The notes under the pieces are model-generated. The model was given only the letters and a program-made list of their open reading frames with translations. It made no database searches and was not told the DNA's origin. A stretch of 64,000 bases of DNA, taken from positions 30,994-94,993 of the IMG/VR virus record IMGVR_UViG_3300035208_001913. One strand, given 5' to 3'. Positions 1-11,086 of the stretch are shown in pieces (the stretch's first letter is position 1; every line of letters starts with the position of its first letter). The position numbers and the translations under genes are program-made. This DNA is from a virus (taxonomy: Duplodnaviria > Caudoviricetes).

Positions 1-3000
1 TAAACAGGTGTTATCCAGAAACTTGCTGTCTCTGTTCCAAAATTATGTAATGATGATTGATATTTAGTTTCATATTCTATTTTTTCAAAATCTGTTTTCT
101 GACTATCAATAGATATTGCATCATATTGTTTTATTAAAGATACATAGTTTTCTTGTTCACTTACCATTCCATTAACTACAATACTTATTATAGCCTCGAC
201 ATCTGTACCATATAATTCTAAATCACTTCCTTCTATATTATGCAAATATAAATCAATTTGTGAAGTATTTTGAAAACAAGAATAAAAATCATCATTGAGA
301 GTAAAATAAAATGTAGGTTTAAAATAATACTCACAAGTGAACATATTTAATTTTTCATTAAATACTAATGTCCTGTATAGTTTTATTCTTTTATCATTAG
401 GGTCAAATTTAATAAATGTTATAAGTATCTCTGCATTCTTTCTATCAAATCCTGAAACAATACCTTCTCTGAAAGCGGGGTTATCATTAAATGATATTAA
501 GGCATCTGAATAAGAACTTATATCTTTTCTAATATCTGCTAACCATTTCTTGTTCAACATTTCATCTAAGATATTAGTAGATTGTAAACTTGTTTTACCT
601 ATACCCGATACAGCTCCTGTTATTCGCCATATAATAGTTCTTTTTAAATCAACACCATAAACTGCATTATCCGATTGAACTATACTCCATTGATGTTGTG
701 AACCATATTCAGCAATAGGTTTTACATTTTCTGATAATAACTGATTGTCTCCTAATACTATTTCCTGTGAAGCAGTGTCAGCATCTTGTAAAATCTTTCT
801 TTCTCCGATATAATGTTGATTAATACAATCACGTTGAATAGAATATAAGTATCCATGGAGTACACCTATTTTATTAATTTCTCCATATCTTATATCATAA
901 TCTTTAAAAGAGTTAACATTTATAATTCTATATTTATCTTCAAAAGAATATGGATGATGTTGCTCACTATAATATATTGCTGTTGGTTTCTTTGTAATAT
1001 AAGCAGGTAAATAAGGATCATAAAGATAATGAGGAATTACCGACAATATTTTGTCATAACCTCTATTAAAATAAAATTCTTCATCACCATTCATTAGGTT
1101 TCTACTTGTTATAACATGTGCTAATGAATTAGGTTGCTTAGGATAGTATATATCATTTGGAGTATTAAAACGCATAGCAGCATTAATAGCATTCTCTGTA
1201 ACAAGTCCTAATAGAACTCCATGTCCATAAGGAATAGGCTCTATACCAGTATTACTAAAAAATTGTGTAGTCGTATCAGAGGCAAGGGCATATGACTGAG
1301 CATACCATGACATATTATATCCCATTTGTTTTATAAATACCATTTGCAGAAAACAATCTCCATTAAAAACATTAATATTTGTTGCTAATGTATCTATATC
1401 AAAAATATCTGAAATTTGATAATATTCTCTATTAATATTATAATGAGAAACAATATTATATCCGGCTTCTTTAGGATTTCTTTTATATAAATTTACTATA
1501 GAATTATTATAATCCCATACTCTATCTCCTTTTAATGGATCCATAGTATGTTCATTATTTGTTGTCTCTATAGCTAAATATCTTGACGTAGCACAATCTC
1601 TTATTGTATGTCTATCACTTGAATCATTATTCCATATAATACTATTCCCATCATTACTATCTAAAGAATAAGCGTCTCTTGTATAAGAAATATATTTTCC
1701 ATTAATTTTATTTATAGGTCCCGTATTCTTTGGGACATCGTAAACATCAGAAGTAAATAATTCAGATTTTTTTGTATATGCTGTTCCATGATAATCATCT
1801 TCTGATAAGTTCTTCATTTTATATACCCAATAAGAAGGTCTAACAAAGTGACTATTATGTTCTGTATCTAATTCTTCCATACCTACTTTACCCAATTCCT
1901 GTATAAATGAAACATCTATTCTTTTATCAGGATTAGCAATATAGTCAATACCAAAAAATCCATAACTATTTTTAATAGCGAACATTCTATTCTCATCCAT
2001 ATAACGTTGATCGGGATGCGTTTTATCAGTATCCATTATAGGATAGTTCCTATACATTAATGGAATCTGAGCAACAGTATCTTTCTTATTATCTGCTATA
2101 TCTCCTGCATTTTGACCATTAAAAATTAGTTCTGTACTTGAACCTGTAACCTTATTAAATATTAATGCCGGTATATTATCGGCAATGTCATATCTTTGAG
2201 AAAAAGGTAAATCAACAGTATTAATAACAGTTCCACATTGACTTATCATTAGTCCTTGATATAATAGATTTTCATGTCTTTCTGTTCTGGTAAAATAGAC
2301 TCCTGCTACATTATTCTTTATCCATGTTCCTTCTACAGTTGTATTTAAAAATGTTAAGGAATCACCCATATCAAATTTAGCTCCCATTAAATTTATCCAC
2401 TTATCTACAGTATAAAGATGTACTTTTTCTCTACTTGGAAATCTAAATATTCCTTTGTTATTAGTTAATGTACTTAAAGGATTTAGGTATTCATTATTGA
2501 TTTGTGAAATTAATAAATCATAAGCATCTAATCCTCTCACAGGATAAGATAATGATTTATAACCATCTTTAAAAACAAATACAATAGCAAATGAATATGC
2601 TTCTCCTCTAAAATAACCTACATTATCATAAATTAATTTATAATTTTTATATTGTTTATTATGAAAACTATTATTAATAACATCTGTATCTGCATCTATG
2701 TTTAAGTTAAAAGCAGAAATTTTTATTTTCTGAGCAAAATCTACTAATGCTACATTATGTCTTTGTATTCCACTCCAATTAGCACCATAGAATACATTTC
2801 CAAAATGAGTTATATCCTTACATGTTCTTAGATAACCAGTCTGTTTAAGGATATCCGATATATCAGCACCTTCTTCTCCTAAGTGATCAGTATGTGTTAT
2901 TATTTGCCAACTATTTCCAGTTATTGGAACTTGTTGACTTAATTTATTCTCTTCTATTAATATATTATTTGTATAATCAGAATAATATCTTGTATAATAA

Positions 3001-3884
3001 ATCTCTATATAAGCATAGTTAGTATCAATATTATCTAATCGTATAGTTACTTGTTTGGTAGATACTGAACCTCCATAACCACCTTGTACTGTAGGACTAT
3101 CCCCTGAATTCCCATCATATACTTGACAAGCTCTACTCTGTGCTATTATATTTGTAGGTGTTAAGTTTATATCTAAATAACGGAAAAAATAGATATACAT
3201 TCCATATTTTAGTCCTCCTCCATTTTCTATTAAATCTATTTCTGGATTTAAAAGTCCATTGTTACCCGGTATAAGACTTACACTATTAGGGAAACTATCA
3301 TTCCATACATACCGATTATTAAGTCCTCCATTCTGCAATATGCCAGTATTTATTGCTTTTATTGGTTCATTAAAGTCTGTAAAAAATAAAGTATAACTAT
3401 CATCATAATCTAATCTCGCAAACATACTTATCTGCTTAAAAGGATAGATATTAAGTAATGCAGTATTAAATACTAATCTCTGTGTAATAGGGTCAAAGTT
3501 AATATCAGTAGGTTTATGTGTTCCGGTAAAATTTACTAATGGTTTATATATTCTTTCCCATCCACCTCCCGAATTAGGAACTACTGGATTTATAGTATAA
3601 CTTTTAGGTGAAGGATAACATCCTATTTCACCAGTACCACTTCCTGTTGAATCAGCACTTATTATAAAAGCAACTCCATTTATCTCACATACTCCTATAA
3701 TGATATATCCTGTTGTTATTTGACTTTCTTTCTGATTAGATGATAATGATGTACAAATAAATCCTTGTCCATCCTGATTAAAGAAACGTACATTTGCAGT
3801 AGGAAAAACCCAATTTGCAGGACTAACTTTAGAATTATCTAAATCAGATATTACTCCCTTATGAAATTGATTTATTTGCTTCAT
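1..3884 (-). CDS. Large tail protein, crAss-type stabilisation/muzzle-like (P22 gp10-like); 3' end lies outside the window
   Basis: Not in the ORF track because its stop is beyond position 1. ATG at 3884 (MKQINQFHKGVISDLDNSKVSPANWVFPTANVRF...); frame appears open for more than 1290 codons; follows ring-protein genes as in crAss-like tail modules. Confidence 0.65.
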   Translation of the reverse strand, partial: MKQINQFHKGVISDLDNSKVSPANWVFPTANVRFFNQDGQGFICTSLSSNQKESQITTGYIIIGVCEINGVAFIISADSTGSGTGEIGCYPSPKSYTINPVVPNSGGGWERIYKPLVNFTGTHKPTDINFDPITQRLVFNTALLNIYPFKQISMFARLDYDDSYTLFFTDFNEPIKAINTGILQNGGLNNRYVWNDSFPNSVSLIPGNNGLLNPEIDLIENGGGLKYGMYIYFFRYLDINLTPTNIIAQSRACQVYDGNSGDSPTVQGGYGGSVSTKQVTIRLDNIDTNYAYIEIYYTRYYSDYTNNILIEENKLSQQVPITGNSWQIITHTDHLGEEGADISDILKQTGYLRTCKDITHFGNVFYGANWSGIQRHNVALVDFAQKIKISAFNLNIDADTDVINNSFHNKQYKNYKLIYDNVGYFRGEAYSFAIVFVFKDGYKSLSYPVRGLDAYDLLISQINNEYLNPLSTLTNNKGIFRFPSREKVHLYTVDKWINLMGAKFDMGDSLTFLNTTVEGTWIKNNVAGVYFTRTERHENLLYQGLMISQCGTVINTVDLPFSQRYDIADNIPALIFNKVTGSSTELIFNGQNAGDIADNKKDTVAQIPLMYRNYPIMDTDKTHPDQRYMDENRMFAIKNSYGFFGIDYIANPDKRIDVSFIQELGKVGMEELDTEHNSHFVRPSYWVYKMKNLSEDDYHGTAYTKKSELFTSDVYDVPKNTGPINKINGKYISYTRDAYSLDSNDGNSIIWNNDSSDRHTIRDCATSRYLAIETTNNEHTMDPLKGDRVWDYNNSIVNLYKRNPKEAGYNIVSHYNINREYYQISDIFDIDTLATNINVFNGDCFLQMVFIKQMGYNMSWYAQSYALASDTTTQFFSNTGIEPIPYGHGVLLGLVTENAINAAMRFNTPNDIYYPKQPNSLAHVITSRNLMNGDEEFYFNRGYDKILSVIPHYLYDPYLPAYITKKPTAIYYSEQHHPYSFEDKYRIINVNSFKDYDIRYGEINKIGVLHGYLYSIQRDCINQHYIGERKILQDADTASQEIVLGDNQLLSENVKPIAEYGSQHQWSIVQSDNAVYGVDLKRTIIWRITGAVSGIGKTSLQSTNILDEMLNKKWLADIRKDISSYSDALISFNDNPAFREGIVSGFDRKNAEILITFIKFDPNDKRIKLYRTLVFNEKLNMFTCEYYFKPTFYFTLNDDFYSCFQNTSQIDLYLHNIEGSDLELYGTDVEAIISIVVNGMVSEQENYVSLIKQYDAISIDSQKTDFEKIEYETKYQSSLHNFGTETASFWITPV

Positions 3885-3886
3885 TT

Positions 3887-4510
3887 TTATTCTCCTAATC
3901 CTTGATGATATAAATTACCTCCTAATAATGAAGGTTGTATATTGTTGATTATAGTTTTAATATTCAATAGTCTTTTTCTGTCTATATTTCTAAATCCATT
4001 TTTACAGGCGTCTATTTGTAAACTTTTCTGTTGATCTATATATCCCCATTTAGTATTATCTATCTCTCCCTTCAACCATCCTTCATAATTTAATTTCCAG
4101 ATACAAAAAGCCTCACAAGCCTGCTCATGTCCTTGCTTTATTAATGGATATCCTGTTTCTTCATCTATTGTAATACCAAAATAATTAATATATACTGTTG
4201 TTTCAGTCATATCACTATTAAAGTTAAGATATGCTCCATTATTATAATATGATATTCTTGAAGTAGGATCTGTTTCAGATGTATAAACATCTAATATCCT
4301 ATAAAGGTTACATGGTACCGGAGTTTGTAAATTAGTTACTGTTAAAGGTACTTTAAGATAAGTTGTCATTGATTCTATATCACCACACCATTCTGTTTCA
4401 CATTCAGCACACCACGCTATAATATCACTCTCCTGTATAATCTTACTTGGAAATAGTTTTGTTAACCTATCAAAAATATCTCCGTATGTTGTGTATTTGC
4501 TATTATCCAT
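3887..4510 (-). CDS. Putative tail ring/tubular protein
   Basis: 207 aa; GYPLI motif; immediately upstream of the large tail gene. Confidence 0.55.
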   Translation of the reverse strand: MDNSKYTTYGDIFDRLTKLFPSKIIQESDIIAWCAECETEWCGDIESMTTYLKVPLTVTNLQTPVPCNLYRILDVYTSETDPTSRISYYNNGAYLNFNSDMTETTVYINYFGITIDEETGYPLIKQGHEQACEAFCIWKLNYEGWLKGEIDNTKWGYIDQQKSLQIDACKNGFRNIDRKRLLNIKTIINNIQPSLLGGNLYHQGLGE

Positions 4511-5162
4511 TTTGTAAAGCTATGAAATTATTACTATAACTTGTATTAGTTTCTTTAATATATTTTTTAAGTATCTTATGATATTTACTTGATAATATGC
4601 ATTTATACCATAAACTCTTTTTAAATCTTTTGGACTTATTTTCTCCAAAATTAAATTCTGTTACTACTTTATGATAAAATACTTTTTCCTTACGTTTCTC
4701 CGGACACCCTATTCTTACCACATGTCGTATAGGATTCTTATCTCCAAATTTTAAATGTTCTTTAAAGAAAAACTTTCCTAAGAATTTCTCTATGAACCCT
4801 ATTTTTAAAAGAACATCTTTTGCTGCACCATTTGTAATTTCATATTCTATATGAAGTTCTATTAAATCTTTTATTAATAGTCTATAAAATATCTCCCAAA
4901 CATCGGTCTTAAATCTTTTAGTTCTATTTTCTGTATCTATGTTATATTTAGTATTTGAAAAGAATTCTAACATATCTTTTTGCGTAACTCTCTTTGGTCT
5001 TATATATTGCCAATATACTAATATCTTACCTCTTGTTTTTCTTCTTTTCTCTAAATATGCATTTTGCCTTTGTTTCTTTAATGATAATGGTTTATCCATA
5101 TTATGCTGATGTTTTTTCTTGTTCTTCTGTATTTCTATATCCTGCAGCGTTAGTGCTTGCAA
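4503..5162 (-). CDS. Basic hypothetical protein (possibly DNA-binding/IHF-like)
   Basis: 219 aa, very Lys-rich, co-oriented in the tail operon; start uncertain. Confidence 0.35.
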   Translation of the reverse strand: MQALTLQDIEIQKNKKKHQHNMDKPLSLKKQRQNAYLEKRRKTRGKILVYWQYIRPKRVTQKDMLEFFSNTKYNIDTENRTKRFKTDVWEIFYRLLIKDLIELHIEYEITNGAAKDVLLKIGFIEKFLGKFFFKEHLKFGDKNPIRHVVRIGCPEKRKEKVFYHKVVTEFNFGENKSKRFKKSLWYKCILSSKYHKILKKYIKETNTSYSNNFIALQNG

Positions 5163-5544
5163 AAAATCTTTTTTCTGATTCCATATAGTCTAAGTAAGCC
5201 TGAGAATAATCTACTTTAAGAGTAGTATCTATACCTAATAACCTTTTAGTTTCTTTAACATAATCTACTATGTTATCGGAATACTTCTCATAAAGATAGT
5301 TTAACTTATCTACATATTCTAAAGGATATGTTTCGTTATATTCTACTACTGCATCTTCGGGAATATCATAAGTAACACCATCTATTTCTATTTGATAATG
5401 TTTTTTTACTTTATATTTATTCTTTACACCACAGTCAGTACATACTACTGCTTTCATTATAGTACCAGTATACTCATATTGTTCAAATCTTTTGAACCAT
5501 ACATCATCTACTTCTATTGTATATGTGAAAAGTACTCTACTCAT
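5101..5544 (-). CDS. Hypothetical protein
   Basis: 147 aa, overlapping and co-oriented within the operon. Confidence 0.5.
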   Translation of the reverse strand: MSRVLFTYTIEVDDVWFKRFEQYEYTGTIMKAVVCTDCGVKNKYKVKKHYQIEIDGVTYDIPEDAVVEYNETYPLEYVDKLNYLYEKYSDNIVDYVKETKRLLGIDTTLKVDYSQAYLDYMESEKRFFASTNAAGYRNTEEQEKTSA

Positions 5545-5875
5545 AATATTTCCATGTTAAGATTAATACCCATGGTATAACAATAAATGGAGTAAAGATA
5601 GTATCATACTTTATCAGTAATACTATACTTACTACACATGATATATAGGGCGACATACAAATACTGCATAATCCTAATGGATGCAATATCCATCTTTTCC
5701 ATCTGTCCTTTTTTCTCCAGTTCTTTATCCAATGATAAGTTAACCATAGGTAGTAACGTCGGAATATCATTCCTGGTTCCATTGTTATCTGTATCATCTT
5801 CACGATCCCAAAGGAAATAAATATTCCCATTAACGATACGACAACCTCTTTTACGACATCTAAGATTTGTAACAT
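5537..5875 (-). CDS. Small membrane protein with CxxC (holin-like candidate)
   Basis: 112 aa, 2-3 hydrophobic segments, GLCSICMSP. Confidence 0.45.
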   Translation of the reverse strand: MLQILDVVKEVVVSLMGIFISFGIVKMIQITMEPGMIFRRYYLWLTYHWIKNWRKKDRWKRWILHPLGLCSICMSPYISCVVSIVLLIKYDTIFTPFIVIPWVLILTWKYYE

Positions 5876-5878
5876 TCA

Positions 5879-6550
5879 TTACCTTTTTCTTTGTTGTTGT
5901 TGACCATCACTAGTTCCATCTCTTGCATCATTCTTTTCATCTCTTGGTATTCCATAAGTACTAAGAATATCCTGTTTTACTATCATCTCTAATTTATAAG
6001 GGTCGGGTACCGGATACATATCAGTACCTTCATCATAATCACATACATCTGCTGGGTTAGCAAATAATCCTATCATAGATACAAAACCTATAGGACATGA
6101 AAGATTACGTAATATAGCGGTATCAATACTTATAACACTATATATCGTATCATTCTTAGTCCATTTAGAGAATTTACTTGCTAATAAACCTGCTAAACTC
6201 TTTCGAGTAAAATTCTTATTTAAATCTAAGGTTCCTAAATATTTAATGTTTATCCATCCTACTCTTGTTAACAAAGCAGGAAGGGTAACATATATTTCAT
6301 TAATCCCTGTATCTTCACATTCTACTTCACATGACTTATTACTATCTAATTTTACCTCTATACATTCTGTACGTTGGTAGTATAAATCATCTACTGATTT
6401 CTTTTTTTCAAATTCATCATTAATTAGTATTGCACGTACATCATTAATTTTATCGGCTATAAACTCATTATCAAGTTTACTATCATCTATGATATTATAA
6501 TTAGATAATGCTAATTTAATCGAATCTATAATTGCGGGTAGTGTTTTCAA
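5879..6550 (-). CDS. Putative neck/tail ring protein
   Basis: 223 aa; C-terminal DEKNDARD; typical size and position in crAss-like structural modules. Confidence 0.55.
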   Translation of the reverse strand: MKTLPAIIDSIKLALSNYNIIDDSKLDNEFIADKINDVRAILINDEFEKKKSVDDLYYQRTECIEVKLDSNKSCEVECEDTGINEIYVTLPALLTRVGWINIKYLGTLDLNKNFTRKSLAGLLASKFSKWTKNDTIYSVISIDTAILRNLSCPIGFVSMIGLFANPADVCDYDEGTDMYPVPDPYKLEMIVKQDILSTYGIPRDEKNDARDGTSDGQQQQRKR

Positions 6551-6607
6551 TAGTTTAAATTTTAATCAAAAATACAACAATAATTAATAATATAAAAAAA
6601 TATTATT

Positions 6608-6640
6608 AAAAAAGGGAGTTGCACAATTACAACCCCCTCT
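6608..6640 (-). terminator. Intrinsic terminator
   Basis: Hairpin gggagttg/caaccccc adjacent to an A-run on + (U-run on the minus transcript), downstream of the 6670-7887 gene. Confidence 0.6.
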
Positions 6641-6669
6641 TTCAACATCAACTGAATTAAAAATAAATA

Positions 6670-7887
6670 TTAGTATGGAAGTGCTGCTACATCATCAGCC
6701 CAACCGGTTGCTGTACCATTCCAATATTCAGTAAGTTCATTAAAATCTTTATCATAACCACCTGCTGTTGACATGTAGTCTGTTGAGAGGAATTTATTAG
6801 TAGTAACATCAACTAATTCACTTTCTCTGAAATAGAGTTCTACTTCTGATAAGAATGAATTTGCATGACTGGCTCCTACCAAATCATAATGGTCTAACTT
6901 ATTGATAATGGTAACTTTTACAAAGTTAGCATCTACAGGTTCATTACTCCTTGTCATTGCTGCTAACCATCCATTATTAGGTATATGACTGAATGTTTGG
7001 AATACTTCATCAGAAGTTAATTGAGAATAACGGTTTTTCTGTACTTCCAAGAAGTTAGTACCCCAGAATGGATCCATCTCTACTGAAAATGTTACATCAG
7101 TATATTTTGCAATAAGACCAATATAAATTTCAGTATTTGTATTTGCTATAGTACCTGCAGTATTTGTAAATGTTAATGTATTTCCAAAATTAACATCTTC
7201 ATGTGCAATAATTACTATAGACGTTGCAACTGTAGGATGTTGATACGCATATGCTGTAGTTCCTGCATTAATATTAGCAATAAAACCTGCAATAGTACCT
7301 GATGCGGCAACTATATGTTGACTTGTTAAACCTGCATTAAGTGTCATAGCTGAAGCAGCATTCCATGAATCTAAGATTAACGATTTACCTGCTTTTACTA
7401 TTGTTCCGGGTTGTTCATAAGGAAACGCAGGTTTGTAACCCAAATCTTTATTAATCTGCTCAATGATAGTTTCTTTCATTGTCAATATCTGAGCAAGAGA
7501 AATAAGATGATCATTTGGTGCTGCCTGTGATACTGGTTTTGTAATAAGTCCTGAATAAGGAGTCATTTTATGATAATAATCACTGTTATCTACTCCTGGT
7601 TTCTTAACTGATTTTCTTATTGACAAACCATAGTCATAGTTACATTCTACGCATGGCATATTTCCAGTAAGCGAAACTAACTGTACTTTAGGCAACCATG
7701 AAGTAGTATGACTAACATATACTTTTGTTACACCTGATATAAAAGGAATACTATATCCATGGTCTTTTAATACTAATACTTTTTTTGCTAACATAGTATC
7801 ATAATATGCACCAATTGCTGAAGAATCAATAACATTAAATAATACTTTTTTTGAGGGTTGGGATAAATTCCCGCCTTGTGCTGACAT
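6670..7887 (-). CDS. Putative auxiliary capsid/structural protein
   Basis: 405 aa, Ala/Thr-rich middle; in the same transcript as the major capsid gene, followed by a terminator. Confidence 0.5.
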   Translation of the reverse strand: MSAQGGNLSQPSKKVLFNVIDSSAIGAYYDTMLAKKVLVLKDHGYSIPFISGVTKVYVSHTTSWLPKVQLVSLTGNMPCVECNYDYGLSIRKSVKKPGVDNSDYYHKMTPYSGLITKPVSQAAPNDHLISLAQILTMKETIIEQINKDLGYKPAFPYEQPGTIVKAGKSLILDSWNAASAMTLNAGLTSQHIVAASGTIAGFIANINAGTTAYAYQHPTVATSIVIIAHEDVNFGNTLTFTNTAGTIANTNTEIYIGLIAKYTDVTFSVEMDPFWGTNFLEVQKNRYSQLTSDEVFQTFSHIPNNGWLAAMTRSNEPVDANFVKVTIINKLDHYDLVGASHANSFLSEVELYFRESELVDVTTNKFLSTDYMSTAGGYDKDFNELTEYWNGTATGWADDVAALPY

Positions 7888-7914
7888 AATTTTTTGTTTT
7901 TAAATTGTTTAAAC

Positions 7915-8559
7915 TTATTTCTTACCTACACGGAACATATCTTCCTGTAGATTGCTTTGATATCTTTCTTCTTTTACTCTTTCTAAATATGTCCGAACTG
8001 CTAAGTCCACTATTTCTTGACGTTGTAGTGCTCTTATCTCGCCCGGTACATCAGGAGGGCCTAAAGCTATTGCTGTAGGATATTTGATATACTCTATTCT
8101 CATACTACTTGCAGTTGAAGATGTTCCTGTTATTAATTCTACAACATTACCAGTAATTTTATAGTATAACCTATTATCTTTAGGGTTACTATAATATGAT
8201 AATGCTCCATAATTATCGGCTCTCATCGGTTTTGATTTAAGCCATCCAGAAACACCTGTCAATCCACAAATATTATTAACATAGGTTATCTTAAATTGTA
8301 TGCCAAGAGTTTTCATCACAGCACTAGGATATGTAAACAAATTACCTGACGTTGGTGAAGATATTGCAATTACATGAATAGGTTGCAAATCTTCTATTAT
8401 CTTCTGATTAAATTCTGCCATATCAGCTTTATCTCTAACCCAGTTAAGATAACATTCATTGATAAGTAATACCCATTCTGTTGGGTTCAATACTGCCGTT
8501 GATTCTTTCTTAATCCCCGACAATGTCGCTGCATACATTTGTGTTGCGGTAGTTAACAT
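7915..8559 (-). CDS. Putative head-tail ring/adaptor protein
   Basis: 214 aa; motif IEYIKYP...EIVDLAV typical of crAss-like ring proteins. Confidence 0.55.
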   Translation of the reverse strand: MLTTATQMYAATLSGIKKESTAVLNPTEWVLLINECYLNWVRDKADMAEFNQKIIEDLQPIHVIAISSPTSGNLFTYPSAVMKTLGIQFKITYVNNICGLTGVSGWLKSKPMRADNYGALSYYSNPKDNRLYYKITGNVVELITGTSSTASSMRIEYIKYPTAIALGPPDVPGEIRALQRQEIVDLAVRTYLERVKEERYQSNLQEDMFRVGKK

Positions 8560-8561
8560 AA

Positions 8562-9569
8562 TTATCTAACTTTACTTAACATATAATCAATAACTTCTAC
8601 TTCGGTAGCTAAATACTCCCATTCTGTTTTCTTATATTTCTTTGAACCACACATTTTCTTTAATTCCTCTAATGATAATTCCTTATATTGATTGCGTAAT
8701 TCTTCCTGTGTTTTCAAACGTATCTTTTCTGTTAAATCAGTTTTACCTTCTTTTTCATTTGAAAGTGTTTTCCACTTTCCAACATACATTTGATTTTCAG
8801 GATTAGCCATGAATATCTTTACTCCTTTTACACCCTTACCAATAAACTTAGGACCATCATAGAAGTCGTCTCCTACTTTTTTTATAATTCCATATATTGA
8901 GGCTTTAAGAATAAATAATTCATCATTGCTTTCATCACCTTTACAAGTAAGTACTTCTTCGGGATGTTCTTTACATGCTTGATAAAGTTTAGCTCTTATC
9001 ATTACTTCTGTCATTCCCTCTACGTTAATGTTAAAGGATTTAATTTTATAATTAAGTAATAAGGCTAATTCTTTATATCGCTCTATGGTACATTCTTCTC
9101 TTATAAATTTGGTTGCATCATATATCATATCTTCTTTAGAAACAGTTTCTTTTGCTATTGATTCTACATCGTTGATATAAAAATAATCTGTACCATGACG
9201 TACTGTATTTCTTGAACTTGCTACCATCCATGAATAATTTTTAAACATATTAAACTCAAAGAAGTCTTTGGGATTAACTGGTTTACCATCATTATCTTTG
9301 GTAACATCAAATTTACGTCTATTCCATAAGGGATAGAGTCCATGAGGATTGATAACATAAGGGAACTTATCTCTTTTGATATCCGAAAGAGGAATCTTAC
9401 CCAGCATTTCATCGAGGGTAAGATTTCCTTTCGTTTTTTCATCAGAAGAATCTATGTGTTGACCTGTAAGCCATGTTCCTATTTTCGAGTCCTCCATAGG
9501 TCTGAATGGATATGGAGTTTCCATATACCTTTTATCTATTGCTATTATCTCTATAACTTGTTTCTTCAT
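8562..9569 (-). CDS. Conserved crAss-like structural protein downstream of the major capsid gene
   Basis: 335 aa; syntenic position directly after MCP. Confidence 0.5.
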   Translation of the reverse strand: MKKQVIEIIAIDKRYMETPYPFRPMEDSKIGTWLTGQHIDSSDEKTKGNLTLDEMLGKIPLSDIKRDKFPYVINPHGLYPLWNRRKFDVTKDNDGKPVNPKDFFEFNMFKNYSWMVASSRNTVRHGTDYFYINDVESIAKETVSKEDMIYDATKFIREECTIERYKELALLLNYKIKSFNINVEGMTEVMIRAKLYQACKEHPEEVLTCKGDESNDELFILKASIYGIIKKVGDDFYDGPKFIGKGVKGVKIFMANPENQMYVGKWKTLSNEKEGKTDLTEKIRLKTQEELRNQYKELSLEELKKMCGSKKYKKTEWEYLATEVEVIDYMLSKVR

Positions 9570-9593
9570 CTTTATTTTTTATTAAATTAATAA

Positions 9594-11066
9594 TTAGGAC
9601 TGTGCCGGTACATAATATACAGGGTTAGCATTTGTAGGAACAGGTTTGAAAATTCTTGAAACCTTATTTCTACAGATAACACCTGATTGGAAAAGTAAAT
9701 GTTTGTGACTACCATCAATTGAAGAAGCAATATCTCCACCTGCATCAATACCTTTAACGGTACCAGACTTAACACCTCTGAGTGTCATCATTTCAATACC
9801 ATTATTGCCATTATCATCAACACCCAAAGGTACGATGATTGCATCATGAGAAGAACGTCTTGTTCCATCAGGTAAGTCAATACTTGGACGTTGCATTGTA
9901 TCGAAGTAACGGTAACGGATAAATTTAAGCCTAACACCATCAATTTCATAGTATTCATAAGAGTTGTTTACGCCCTTACTTGCACCACTACCTTCAACGT
10001 TGTTATTCATAGTTGTGAAACCAGCTTCTCTTAATACTCTACTAAAGTTAGATATTGCTTGTTTTCCACCCATTACTACAGCTTCAATAAGTCCATCTTT
10101 ACCACGTCTTAAATCAATGTCTGACATGATACCTTCAATGAAGTTCATATTCCATACACTTACAGGATATTCAAAAGCACCTTCACCTTGGTACATGATA
10201 CCATCACCGGCCATTACTTCACGACCTTTAGTATCTTTCATTAAGATGTTACCATCTTCATCAACAGTACCTTGTCCAAATACCATAGCATATTCATGAT
10301 ATTCAGCTGCTCTTTTCATCATAAGATAATCAGCATGTGATAAGAATGATTTTTCACCATTATGAATAGTCCATTTCATTCCTTCTTTCATTGCTGCTGC
10401 TGTACCTGACCATGAGTGTTTGAAACGTTGTAATGTCATGTATGAACGACCCCATCCATCAAAAGTGTATTTCTCACCTGCTGTTTCAGAGAAATCGTGT
10501 TCGTACATTGTCATTACTGGAGTGCATTCCATTCCTTCTTGTAAAAGAATAGGATCACAATAGGTAGCTTTAATTTTGGTAACAACTTTTACTCTGTATT
10601 TAAACGAACCATTATATTCTTCTGGAACTTGGTCGTCTATAATATAAAGTAATGTTCTGTTATCAGCTAATTCTAAAGTTTCTTTTGGTATAGCCCAATT
10701 TGAATCTAAGTAAACATAGAATTCGGTCTGGTCTTTACCGGGAGTTGTTGGATAAGCATCGGAAGCATAACAAGCACCATTTGAAAAGACACCTACGAAA
10801 CGCATCTTTCTTTTATTGGTATTTGCTATAGGATACATTACCACATTTGATTTTGTAACTTTGTATTGTCCGTTTGCTAATCCTTCATAAAGTCCTTTAG
10901 CTTTCAAACCTTTTATTTCTAAAAAGTCTGTAAGTGGTGCTTCTTCGGGAAACAAACGATAAACGGTTGTAATCATATCGGGGTCAACTACTGCTGCCCT
11001 CATTAAGTTATAGCTACTAATACTTTCATTGGCTATATCTTTAGGTTGTCCTGGGAGTAATCTCAT
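9594..11066 (-). CDS. Major capsid protein
   Basis: 490 aa; follows an acidic scaffold-like gene; motifs GDGI and G-rich C-terminus with SSIDGS; size and synteny match crAss-like MCP. Confidence 0.8.
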   Translation of the reverse strand: MRLLPGQPKDIANESISSYNLMRAAVVDPDMITTVYRLFPEEAPLTDFLEIKGLKAKGLYEGLANGQYKVTKSNVVMYPIANTNKRKMRFVGVFSNGACYASDAYPTTPGKDQTEFYVYLDSNWAIPKETLELADNRTLLYIIDDQVPEEYNGSFKYRVKVVTKIKATYCDPILLQEGMECTPVMTMYEHDFSETAGEKYTFDGWGRSYMTLQRFKHSWSGTAAAMKEGMKWTIHNGEKSFLSHADYLMMKRAAEYHEYAMVFGQGTVDEDGNILMKDTKGREVMAGDGIMYQGEGAFEYPVSVWNMNFIEGIMSDIDLRRGKDGLIEAVVMGGKQAISNFSRVLREAGFTTMNNNVEGSGASKGVNNSYEYYEIDGVRLKFIRYRYFDTMQRPSIDLPDGTRRSSHDAIIVPLGVDDNGNNGIEMMTLRGVKSGTVKGIDAGGDIASSIDGSHKHLLFQSGVICRNKVSRIFKPVPTNANPVYYVPAQS

Positions 11067-11086
11067 TTTAATTATTTTTTAAAGAT